Counted from the first letter of the stretch, positions 1-7,549 are shown. The stretch is 22,446 nt of DNA from an uncultured bacterium (GCA_949284575.1 CASDWO010000074.1:1-22446), one strand, 5' to 3'. Notes: a model not told the origin generated them from the letters alone. A program made the numbers and translations.

Positions 1-95
1 CTTAAATAACTAAATCATCGATTTTTTCTTAATTAATTATTTTGATATAGTTGTTTTGAAAGAAAAAATAATGTATTTAGATGGGAGGAATTTTA

Positions 96-335
96 ATGTT
101 TTTAGAAGAAATAAAACCTGTAGAAATAATTGTTGATAGGATTGAAAATGATAACTTAGTTTTAGAGATAAATAAAAATACTATAGTGACATTTAATATT
201 AAAAATTCATCTAAAATTAAAGAGGGTGATGTTTTAGAGATTGATATTAAATCTAAAAAGATATCAGTTAATAAGAAAAAGACTAAGAAAAGAAAACAAA
301 AAATAAAGAAGCTTATGAATGAAGTCTTTGAGTAA
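96..335 (+). CDS. small DUF3006-like protein (beta-barrel N-terminus, Lys-rich C-terminal tail)
   Basis: ORF 81..335. GGGAGG at 83-88 is followed by ATG at 96, which makes 96 the likelier start. The pattern EIIVDRIENDNLVLE...KEGDVLEIDI plus a K/R-rich tail resembles the DUF3006 family. The family call is from memory of the family pattern only. Confidence 0.5.
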   Translation: MFLEEIKPVEIIVDRIENDNLVLEINKNTIVTFNIKNSSKIKEGDVLEIDIKSKKISVNKKKTKKRKQKIKKLMNEVFE

Positions 336-905
336 TTAGAGAATTTTATCTATTAGACCATATTCTTTAGCTTCTTTTGCATCTAGGAAATAATCTCTTT
401 CAGTATCTTGCTCTATTTTTTCTAGTTTTTGTTTTGTATTTTTAGCTAGAATAGTATTTAGTTTTTTCTTTATCTTTAAAATATGTTCAGCAGCTATTTT
501 AATTTCTGTAGCTTGGCCTTCTATTCCTCCTAATGGTTGATGAATCATTACTTCACTATTAGGAAGAGCATATCTTTTACCTTTAGCACCACTAGATAGT
601 AAAAAGGCTGCCATTGATGCTGATATTCCCATACATATAGTGGAAACATCACTTTTAATAAGATTCATAGTATCATAAATGGCAAAACCTGCAGAAACAG
701 AGCCACCACCTGAATTAATATAAAGAGAAATATCATTATGATTTATAGAATCTAAATATAATAATTCAGCGATTACGGTATTGGCACTTTCATCATTTAT
801 GGTGCCACTTAAAATAATAATACGACTTTTTAATAATCTTGAAAAAATATCATAGCTTCTTTCACCATTTATTTCTTTGTCAATAATCATTGGAACTAAA
901 TTCAT
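336..905 (-). CDS. clpP: ATP-dependent Clp protease proteolytic subunit ClpP
   Basis: Translation carries the ClpP hallmarks: [20 protein letters not shown], catalytic Ser context GISASMAAF, His context MIHQPLGG, and Asp in DTERDYF. The ORF track starts at GTG 914. ATG at 905 is preceded by AGGTGA and is the likelier start. Confidence 0.93.
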   Translation of the reverse strand: MNLVPMIIDKEINGERSYDIFSRLLKSRIIILSGTINDESANTVIAELLYLDSINHNDISLYINSGGGSVSAGFAIYDTMNLIKSDVSTICMGISASMAAFLLSSGAKGKRYALPNSEVMIHQPLGGIEGQATEIKIAAEHILKIKKKLNTILAKNTKQKLEKIEQDTERDYFLDAKEAKEYGLIDKIL

Positions 906-974
906 ATTTATCACCTAATTCTACTATATCCATAATATTTTTATTTTATACCTTTCTTGTTTCGTCAAAATTAT

Positions 975-1003
975 TAGACAGTTTGTGGTAATTTTGATAT
1001 AAT
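975..1003 (+). promoter_or_regulatory. candidate sigma-70-type promoter for the 1030 CDS
   Basis: TAGACA (975-980), 17-nt spacer containing TG (995-996), then TATAAT (998-1003). It lies about 25 nt upstream of the RBS GAGGGTG and the ATG at 1030. Confidence 0.45.
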
Positions 1004-1029
1004 CATGTATATAATAAGAGGGTGTCAAT

Positions 1030-2679
1030 ATGATAGAAGAAATAAAAGTTACAATAAATAATAAAGAAGAAAAAATTACACGTGGTATTAATTTGTTACA
1101 ACTTAGTAAAGAATATCAAAAAGATTATAAGTTTCCTATAATCTTAGCTAGTGTTAATAATGTATATAGAGAACTTAGTTATGTTATTAATGATCCTTGT
1201 GGAATAGTTTTTTATGATTTGAGTTCTAGAATAGGTAATAGAGCTCATATTGCAGGATTAACTTTTTTACTTGTGGTTTCTGTTAAAGAAATATTTGGTA
1301 TGGATGCAAATATTAAAGTATTGCATTCACTTGATAAAGGTATTTATATAGAAACATCTTTTCCTTTAACAGAGACAATTCTTAAAACAATATCTCGAAA
1401 AATGTTAGGATTAATAGAGATGGATTTAGCAATATCAAAAGTAAGTGTGGAAAGAATATCAGCAATTCATTATTTTGAAAGTGTTAATGATTTATCTAAA
1501 GCCCGAATTATGAAATATAATACGAATACTTATATTACACTTTATCGTTTAGGTAGTTATTATAATTATTTTTATCATCAAATGCCTCCATCAACAGGAT
1601 GTCTTAAAGATTTTAAATTAACATATCTAAATGATAATGGATTTATTTTACAATTTCCTACAATATATACAAAACAAATTAAACATTATGTTCATCATGA
1701 AAATATGTTTAAAGTTTTTAAAGAATGTAAAGATTGGACAAAGTTAATGAGAATAGAAACTATTGCTGATTTAAATGAAGTTGTTAGTAAAGGAAAAATA
1801 GCAGATCTAATTAGAATAGATGAAACATTGCAAAGTAATAGGTTATTAACAGTTGCTAGAAAAATAGTAGATAATAAAAAAGATAAGAAAATTATTTTGT
1901 TAGCAGGACCTTCTTCAAGTGGAAAAACTACTACTACTTCTAAGTTATGTATGTACCTTAAGAGTTTTGGTCTTAATCCTAAGATGATTAGTATGGATGA
2001 TTATTTTGTTGAAAGAGATGAAACTCCAGTAAATGAAAATGGTGAAAAAGATTATGAATGCTTTGAAGCAGTAGATAATAATTTGTTAACAAAACAAATA
2101 ACAGAGCTTCTTGCTGGTAAAAAAGTATTAGCACCTATTTATGATTTTAAATCAGGAAAGAAAGAGTTTATTAAAGAATTAACACTTGATAAAGATGATG
2201 TATTACTAATAGAAGGAATTCATGCTTTAAATCCTAAGGTACTTAAAGATATTCCTAATAAAAATAAATTTAAAATATATTTGTCTGCTTTGACAGAACT
2301 TAATATAGATTATCATAATAGGTTTTCTACTACAGATAATAGACTTTTAAGAAGAATTATTAGAGACAATAGAACTAGAGGTTATAATGTTGTTAATACT
2401 TTAGAGATATGGCCTAATGTTAGAGTGGGAGAAGAAAAATATATTTTCCCTTATCAAGATGAAGCTGATGCTACTATTAATACAGCTTTAATATACGAAT
2501 TAGGGATTTTAAAAACTTATGTAGAACCACTTTTATATTCTGTTGATGAAGATTCAATTTATTATGAAGAAGCTAAGAGATTACTTAATATTTTAAGACT
2601 AATTTTGCCTATTCCTAGTGAAAGTATTCCTGATGATTCTATAATTAGAGAATTTATTGGCGGTAGTTGTTTTAATTAA
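1030..2679 (+). CDS. uridine kinase-family nucleoside kinase with a long N-terminal ThrRS/TGS-like extension
   Basis: 549 aa. P-loop LLAGPSSSGKTTT, then a udk/PRK-like core (ISMDDYF, LLIEGIHALNP, RRIIRDNRTRG). The ~280 aa N-terminal domain resembles the fused form common in Clostridia/Bacillota. Confidence 0.7.
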   Translation: MIEEIKVTINNKEEKITRGINLLQLSKEYQKDYKFPIILASVNNVYRELSYVINDPCGIVFYDLSSRIGNRAHIAGLTFLLVVSVKEIFGMDANIKVLHSLDKGIYIETSFPLTETILKTISRKMLGLIEMDLAISKVSVERISAIHYFESVNDLSKARIMKYNTNTYITLYRLGSYYNYFYHQMPPSTGCLKDFKLTYLNDNGFILQFPTIYTKQIKHYVHHENMFKVFKECKDWTKLMRIETIADLNEVVSKGKIADLIRIDETLQSNRLLTVARKIVDNKKDKKIILLAGPSSSGKTTTTSKLCMYLKSFGLNPKMISMDDYFVERDETPVNENGEKDYECFEAVDNNLLTKQITELLAGKKVLAPIYDFKSGKKEFIKELTLDKDDVLLIEGIHALNPKVLKDIPNKNKFKIYLSALTELNIDYHNRFSTTDNRLLRRIIRDNRTRGYNVVNTLEIWPNVRVGEEKYIFPYQDEADATINTALIYELGILKTYVEPLLYSVDEDSIYYEEAKRLLNILRLILPIPSESIPDDSIIREFIGGSCFN

Positions 2680-2700
2680 AGAGATAGTCTCTTTTTTTTA
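2678..2700 (+). terminator. weak intrinsic terminator
   Basis: AAAGAGA (2678-2684), loop TAG, TCTCTTT (2688-2694), followed by a long T-rich run. The stem is AT-rich and short. Confidence 0.35.
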
Positions 2701-2789
2701 TTTTTTTTTTAAAATACTTTTAAATTCGACAAAAGATGTTATAATTAAATTGGAATAATTTGGTGATATAGGAGGTAGATAAATATTAA

Positions 2790-4571
2790 ATGGTTAGTAA
2801 AATTAATAATTTAGTTAAAGATAAGAAAAAAGTAATTATTGCTTTTGTTATCTTAATTATTTTGATAGCAGCTCTTTATTTTTCATATGCTTGGTTAAGA
2901 ACTGTGTTATATGGAGAAAAAGATGTACAATTAATTGTAGGAGATATCGATTTAGTTTTAGATGAATCTAATACTGAAGGAATTCAACTTGTTAATGTTA
3001 TTCCTACTTATGATGAAGAAGGTAGAATGAATGAACCTTATAAATTTTCATTAGAAAATAAGAGTGATATTCCATTATATTTTACTTTATCTTTAGTTGA
3101 TGATGAGGAAGCTTTAGAATCTTGTCAAACTACAGATGGAGGAGCTTGTGAGTTATTAGATGGTAGGGATATTAGATATGATTTACAACTAGATGGAGAG
3201 ACATTTACAGGAACTTTATCAGATTCTTATATGGTAAGTTATGGAATTATTGATGCTCATGAAAAATTAGATGGAGAACTAAAGATATGGCTTAATATTA
3301 ATGCTACTAGCGAAGCGATGGGAAAAGTATTTTTAGGAAAATTAAAAGTATTTGCTTCTCAACAAGTAGATGAAGATTTTGTTCAAGGTAATGATGCTGC
3401 TAATCCTCCAGTAATGGATGATAATATGATTGCTATTAAACATGATGGGTATAACTGGGTTAAGACAGATATAGATAATGGTTGGTATAATTATGATATG
3501 CAAATATGGCCTAATGCTGTAACTGTTAAGAGTGATAAGTTAGCAGAATACCAAAGTGCAGGAGTAGGTACTGTAATAAATATGGATGATGTAGAAACTA
3601 TGTGGGTATGGATACCAAGATATAGTTATACAATAGCTAGTGAGAATGGAAGTACATATTATGGAAAAAAAGGGACTTATTTAACGACGACGCCAACAGC
3701 TGCTTTACCGGGAGAAATAGATGTTAAGTTTATTAAAACAACAGAAAAGGATGAAGGAACAGCAAGATATTTAGCTACAGAAGAGCCTAAAAATTACCGA
3801 ACACCTGATGCGTTTACATTTAATGGTGAAGAGTTAGATGGAATATGGGTAGGAAAATTTGAGACAAGTAGTAGTAATCCTGAATTAGTAAATGGAGGAG
3901 GAAATACTACAAGTTTAGATCCGATGATTAAGCCAAATGTAACAAGTTGGAGAAGTATAAATGTAAGCAATATATATAATGTGGGATTGAAGGTAAGTGC
4001 TGAAGGAAATAGATATGGCTTTAGTACAAATATGAATTCTCATGCTATGAAGAATACAGAATGGGCTGCAGTTGCCTATTTATCACAAAGTAAATATGGA
4101 AAATTAGGAAATCAAAACTTTAGTGGAGCAAATAAGGAAGTATATCAAAATAAAAGTGATTTATATATAACAGGATGTAGTTATGGAAGTCCAAGTAATT
4201 CTAATGAAGATTATGGATGTCAATATACATACGATAACAACGTAAGAGATGAGAATGGAATGATAGGAAGAGGAGTAGGAGCCTCAACGACTGGAACAAT
4301 CTATGGTATTTATGATATGAGTGGAGGAGCATGGGAATATGTCTTGGCCAACTATAATGATATTATAGCAAATAGTGGCTTTACTGAAATGCCTCCAGTA
4401 CAGTATTATGATAAATATACGACAGATAATATTTTAACAGCATGTAATGGAAATGAGTGTTTGGGTCATAATTTATCAGAAACACGAGGATGGTATAACG
4501 ATGCACAGACATTTGTCAACGCTGAATATCCATGGTTGGTGCGCGGCGGTGGCTGTCCATTGGTCGTGTGA
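2790..4571 (+). CDS. DGR target protein: N-terminal signal anchor, large extracytoplasmic region, C-terminal FGE-sulfatase/C-type-lectin-like domain. It appears truncated inside its VR.
   Basis: 593 aa. TM segment VIIAFVILIILIAALYF. C-terminal signatures typical of DGR CLec/FGE targets: NTEWAAVAYL, GIYDMSGGAWEYV, WLVRGG. The ORF stops at TGA-TAA (4569-4574) inside the VR, before the conserved SFRLV strand, which lies in another frame. Confidence 0.85.
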   Translation: MVSKINNLVKDKKKVIIAFVILIILIAALYFSYAWLRTVLYGEKDVQLIVGDIDLVLDESNTEGIQLVNVIPTYDEEGRMNEPYKFSLENKSDIPLYFTLSLVDDEEALESCQTTDGGACELLDGRDIRYDLQLDGETFTGTLSDSYMVSYGIIDAHEKLDGELKIWLNINATSEAMGKVFLGKLKVFASQQVDEDFVQGNDAANPPVMDDNMIAIKHDGYNWVKTDIDNGWYNYDMQIWPNAVTVKSDKLAEYQSAGVGTVINMDDVETMWVWIPRYSYTIASENGSTYYGKKGTYLTTTPTAALPGEIDVKFIKTTEKDEGTARYLATEEPKNYRTPDAFTFNGEELDGIWVGKFETSSSNPELVNGGGNTTSLDPMIKPNVTSWRSINVSNIYNVGLKVSAEGNRYGFSTNMNSHAMKNTEWAAVAYLSQSKYGKLGNQNFSGANKEVYQNKSDLYITGCSYGSPSNSNEDYGCQYTYDNNVRDENGMIGRGVGASTTGTIYGIYDMSGGAWEYVLANYNDIIANSGFTEMPPVQYYDKYTTDNILTACNGNECLGHNLSETRGWYNDAQTFVNAEYPWLVRGGGCPLVV

Positions 4572-4645
4572 TAATTTGATGTTTTTTTTTTACTCTATTT
4601 TTTGGGGTGGTGCTTGCTCGTTCCGCCTCGTGATGAGCGTGACTA
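4532..4645 (+). repeat. cassette C1: expressed-site variable region (VR) with 3' IMH-like GC block
   Basis: GCGCGGCGGT at 4541-4550, 68-nt core, CGTTCCGCCTCGTGAT at 4619-4634. The core has 0 Asn codons, is T-rich, and holds a T10 tract at 4582-4591. It is homologous to 11 downstream cassettes. Confidence 0.85.
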
Positions 4646-4658
4646 GCCCGTAGGGCTA
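4644..4658 (+). promoter_or_regulatory. GC-rich hairpin immediately 3' of the VR/IMH (candidate DGR target-recognition hairpin)
   Basis: TAGCCC (4644-4649), loop GTA, GGGCTA (4653-4658). It is present only after C1 and after none of the intergenic cassettes. Its position matches the hairpin/cruciform that follows the IMH in the Bordetella phage paradigm. Confidence 0.55.
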
Positions 4659-4732
4659 AACTCTTGGGCACAAACAAAATAAGAAGGTTAAAAATAGAGA
4701 AAGAAAGAATATTGTCAAATTATTCGATAATA

Positions 4733-4772
4733 GCCTCGGCGCCCTCTTTTTTAGCGACGAGGCGTTTTTTTT
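4733..4772 (+). terminator. intrinsic terminator downstream of the target gene
   Basis: GCCTCG (4733-4738) pairs with CGAGGC (4758-4763), extended by CGC/GCG pairs, followed by T8 (4765-4772). Confidence 0.6.
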
Positions 4773-4783
4773 GAAACTAAAAT

Positions 4784-4815
4784 GATCAAGGTCCTGATTT
4801 TTCAGGGCCTTGATC
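4784..4815 (+). terminator. second strong stem-loop (terminator-like)
   Basis: GATCAAGGTCCTGA (4784-4797), loop TTTT, TCAGGGCCTTGATC (4802-4815): 14 bp with one G-T pair. It is followed by TAATTTTTAATTT, which is not a clean U-tract. Confidence 0.4.
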
Positions 4816-5183
4816 TAATTTTTAATTTATAATTTTCTTTTTGCTTGTTCCATATATTGGTGAGATTTTCTATAGTAAGGTAAATCTTTAAATTAAACTT
4901 TTTCTTTATATGGTTTTATTGTAATATTTGTATGTTCTTGGATTTTTATTTGATATATTTTTTTAAAACTCTTATTTAGAACTGTTTTGTTTCTAATATT
5001 TAATTTTTCTATACTTATTAATTATATTAGCTGATAGTAAAAAATGGAAAAAATTGTATTTGATTTTTATTGTTTAAATTTTATAAAATTTAATTGTCAT
5101 CTATATAGATGACAGGGATTAGGTCAAAATGCTTATGTATTTTCGTTGGATTAGTACTCTTTTTGTTAAGAGACTTTTCTTAT

Positions 5184-5296
5184 ATGGTTGGTGCGCGGCG
5201 GTGGCTGTCCATTGGTCGTGTGATAATTTGATGTTTTTTTTTACTCTATTTTTTGGGGTGGTACTTGCTCGTTCCGCCTCGTGATGAGCGTGACTA
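5184..5296 (+). repeat. cassette C2: near-identical intergenic twin of the expressed VR
   Basis: 113 nt against the 114 nt of C1. The only differences are T9 (5234-5242) against T10, and A5263 against G4612. In frame it reads RGGGCPLVV**FDVFFFYSIFWGGTCSFRLVMSVTMM*. An in-frame TAA lies 7 codons upstream. The 3' flank switches to the cassette-type spacer. Confidence 0.85.
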
Positions 5297-5514
5297 TGAT
5301 GTGATTATAGTTTAAGTTATTACTTATGTAATAAAAAATTTAATATCCTAGAGACTTAATTCCTACTTTTTTAAGTAAACTTATAATATGATGATGGGTA
5401 AGTAGTTAATTTGGGCGAAAATCAAAAATCATAGGGCAAGTACCTCTTGCCTTTTTTACTTTAGTGTTTTATTTTATATATGCGGGAGAAGTTTAATTTG
5501 TTTTTTTAGTTGTT

Positions 5515-5619
5515 GCGCGGCGGTGGTTATAATAATGACACTAATACCGGTGTTTTCTATTTCGATCATGCGGTTGAGTATGGTTCTACAGGTGTTAATG
5601 TGTCGTTCCGCCTCGTGAT
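5515..5619 (+). repeat. cassette C3 (26-codon core)
   Basis: Translates RGG-GYNNDTNTGVFYFDHAVEYGSTGVNV-SFRLVIGDY... with 4 Asn. TAG lies two codons upstream of the Arg codon. 3' class is ATAGGAGAC. Confidence 0.85.
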
Positions 5620-5836
5620 AGGAGACTACAATATAATTTTATTTAAGTTATTGCTATTTAGTAATAAAAAATATTTATTGTAGAACTTTTTCCTTTTTAC
5701 TTTAGTAAATAAAATAATGAAGTACTATTTTTCTAGGTAGTAAATACTGAACACTAGAAAAATATATTGTTGTTTGTAATACTTGTTTATGATAAATTTT
5801 ATGTAGGGAGAAGTTAATTTAGTTTTTCTAGTTGGT

Positions 5837-5941
5837 GCGCGGCGGTAGCTATAACGATAATACTGGTGCAGGTATGTTCAACTTTAATCGTACTAATACT
5901 TTAGGAGTTGGTAGTAATAATCATTCGTTCCGCCTCGTGAT
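5837..5941 (+). repeat. cassette C4 (26-codon core)
   Basis: RGG-SYNDNTGAGMFNFNRTNTLGVGSNNH-SFRLVI* with 7 Asn. TAG lies two codons upstream. 3' class is ATTTGAGAC. Confidence 0.85.
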
Positions 5942-6160
5942 TTGAGACTACAATATAGTTTTATTTAAGTTATTGCTATTTAGTAATAAAAAATATTTAT
6001 TGTAGAACTTTTTCCTTTTTACTTTGGTAAATAAATTAAAGAAGTATTATTTTTCTAGTTAGTAAATAGTGAACTCTAGAAAAATATATTGTTGTTGATA
6101 ATATTTGTTTATGATAAATTTGATGTAGGGGAGAAGTTTAATTTGTGTTTTTTAGTTGTT

Positions 6161-6265
6161 GCGCGGCGGTGGTTATAACAATGCTACTAATGCAGGTATG
6201 TTTTATTTCAATAACAGTAATATTACTGGTGGAGCTAATATCGATAGATCGTTCCGCCTCGTGAT
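6161..6265 (+). repeat. cassette C5 (26-codon core)
   Basis: RGG-GYNNATNAGMFYFNNSNITGGANIDR-SFRLVIGDY... with 7 Asn. TAG lies two codons upstream. Confidence 0.85.
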
Positions 6266-6481
6266 AGGAGACTACAATATAGTTTTATTTAAGTTATTAC
6301 TTATGTAATAAAAAATATTTATTGTAGAAACTTTTTCCTTTTTACTTTGGTAAATAAAATAATGAAGTACTATTTTTCTAGTTAGTAAATAATGAACACT
6401 GGAAAAATATATTGTTGTTTGTAATGTTTGTTTATGATAAATTTGATGTAGGGAGAAGTTAATTTTGTTTTTCTAGTTGGG

Positions 6482-6589
6482 GCGCGGCGGTAACTATAAT
6501 TCTGGTGGTGCCATTGCAGGTGTGTTTTATTTCAATAATAGTAATATTACTGGTGAAGCTAATATCAATAGATCGTTCCGCCTCGTGAT
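6482..6589 (+). repeat. cassette C6 (27-codon core)
   Basis: RGG-NYNSGGAIAGVFYFNNSNITGEANINR-SFRLVI* with 7 Asn. TAG lies two codons upstream. The 3' half is nearly identical to C5. Confidence 0.85.
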
Positions 6590-6814
6590 TTGAGACTACG
6601 ATATAAGATTATTTAAGTTATTACTTGTGTAATAAAAAATATTTATCATAGAAACTTTTTCCTTTTTACGAGTAGTATTAGTAAATAAAATAATGAAGTA
6701 CTATTTTTCTAGTTAGTAAATACTGAATACTAGAAAAATAAAATATTGTTAATAGATTTTCTTTATGATAAATTTTATGTAGGGGAGAAGTTAATTTTGT
6801 TTTTTTAGGTTGTT

Positions 6815-6913
6815 GCGCGGCGGTAGTTATATTAATTCTAATGCAGGTATGTTTTATTTCAATATTAACGTAGCTGGCAATGCAAATAGTAATGGCTCGT
6901 TCCGCCTCGTGAT
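6815..6913 (+). repeat. cassette C7 (24-codon core)
   Basis: RGG-SYINSNAGMFYFNINVAGNANSNG-SFRLVIGDY... with 7 Asn. An in-frame TAA lies 8 codons upstream. Confidence 0.85.
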
Positions 6914-7133
6914 AGGAGACTACAATATAGTTTTATTTAAGTTATTACTATATTGGTAATAAAAAATATTTATTGTAGAGACTTTTTCCTTTTTACTTTG
7001 GTAAATAAAATAATGAAGTATTATTTTTCTGGTTAGTAATTAGTGAACACTAGAAAAATATGATGTTGTTAATATTAATTATTTATGATAATTTTAATAT
7101 TGGGAAAAACTTTAAATTATTTTTTGCGTTATT

Positions 7134-7232
7134 ACGCGGCGGTAACTATAACAATAATACTAATGCAGGTGTGTTTAACTTTAATCATGTTGATGGTAAT
7201 ACTAATATTAATTGGTCGTTCCGCCTCGTGAT
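7134..7232 (+). repeat. cassette C8 (24-codon core, most Asn-rich)
   Basis: RGG-NYNNNTNAGVFNFNHVDGNTNINW-SFRLVI* with 10 Asn. The 5' block is ACGCGGCGGT. The leader variant is GGGAAAAACTT. An in-frame ATG at 7060 gives at most a 58-aa ORF (7060-7236). Confidence 0.85.
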
Positions 7233-7450
7233 TTGAGACTATGATATGAGATTGTTTAAGTTATTACTATATTAGTAATAAAAAATATTTATCATAGAAG
7301 TTTTTTCCTTTTTACTTTGGTAAATAAAATAATGAAGTACTATTTTTCTAGTCAGTAATTAGTGAACACTAGAAAAATATAGTGTTGTTAATAGTATCTA
7401 TTTATGATAATTTTAATATAGGGAGAAGTTATATTTATTATTTTGTTATT

Positions 7451-7549
7451 GCGCGGCGGTGGTTTTAATAATACGACTAATGCAGGTGTTTTCAACTTTG
7501 GTAACACTCTTGGTAATGGTGACAGCAATAATTCGTTCCGCCTCGTGAT
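7451..7549 (+). repeat. cassette C9 (24-codon core), unit with truncated spacer
   Basis: RGG-GFNNTTNAGVFNFGNTLGNGDSNN-SFRLVI* with 8 Asn. The next cassette follows after only 219 bp. The spacer lacks the CTTTTTCC segment and the TTTTTCTAG/CTAGAAAAA hairpin. Confidence 0.85.

Noticed and set aside
4447-4653. 68-aa ORF overlapping the 3' end of the target gene
   Set aside because: It is not an independent gene. It is the +1 frame of the target C-terminus and VR, and it happens to contain the conserved ...SFRLV end of the VR. It is evidence of the frameshifted VR, not a separate CDS.
4640-4700. GC-richer patch after the VR checked for a tRNA or other small RNA gene
   Set aside because: No cloverleaf arms or conserved T-loop/D-loop motifs are present. 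Only the short TAGCCC/GGGCTA hairpin is there, and its position next to the IMH-like block explains it better.
5805-5846. GGGAGAAG in each leader considered as an RBS for small cassette-encoded peptides starting at TTG/GTG
   Set aside because: The spacing from GGGAGAAG to the TTG/GTG is about 19 nt, which is too long. In five units an in-frame TAG directly precedes those codons. Only C8 (7060-7236) and C11 (7973-8134) have ATG-initiated ORFs, of 58 aa or fewer, and neither could form a CLec fold.
5937-5947. GTGATTTGAGAC versus GTGATAGGAGAC after the 3' GC block (TGA alternating with GGA), which could hint at TGA read as Gly (code 25) or Trp (code 4)
   Set aside because: All housekeeping genes in the window (fusA 689 aa, tuf, eno, murD, etc.) are intact under the standard code with no in-frame TGA, and Trp is encoded by TGG. 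The TGA/GGA alternation is better explained as two repeat subfamilies.
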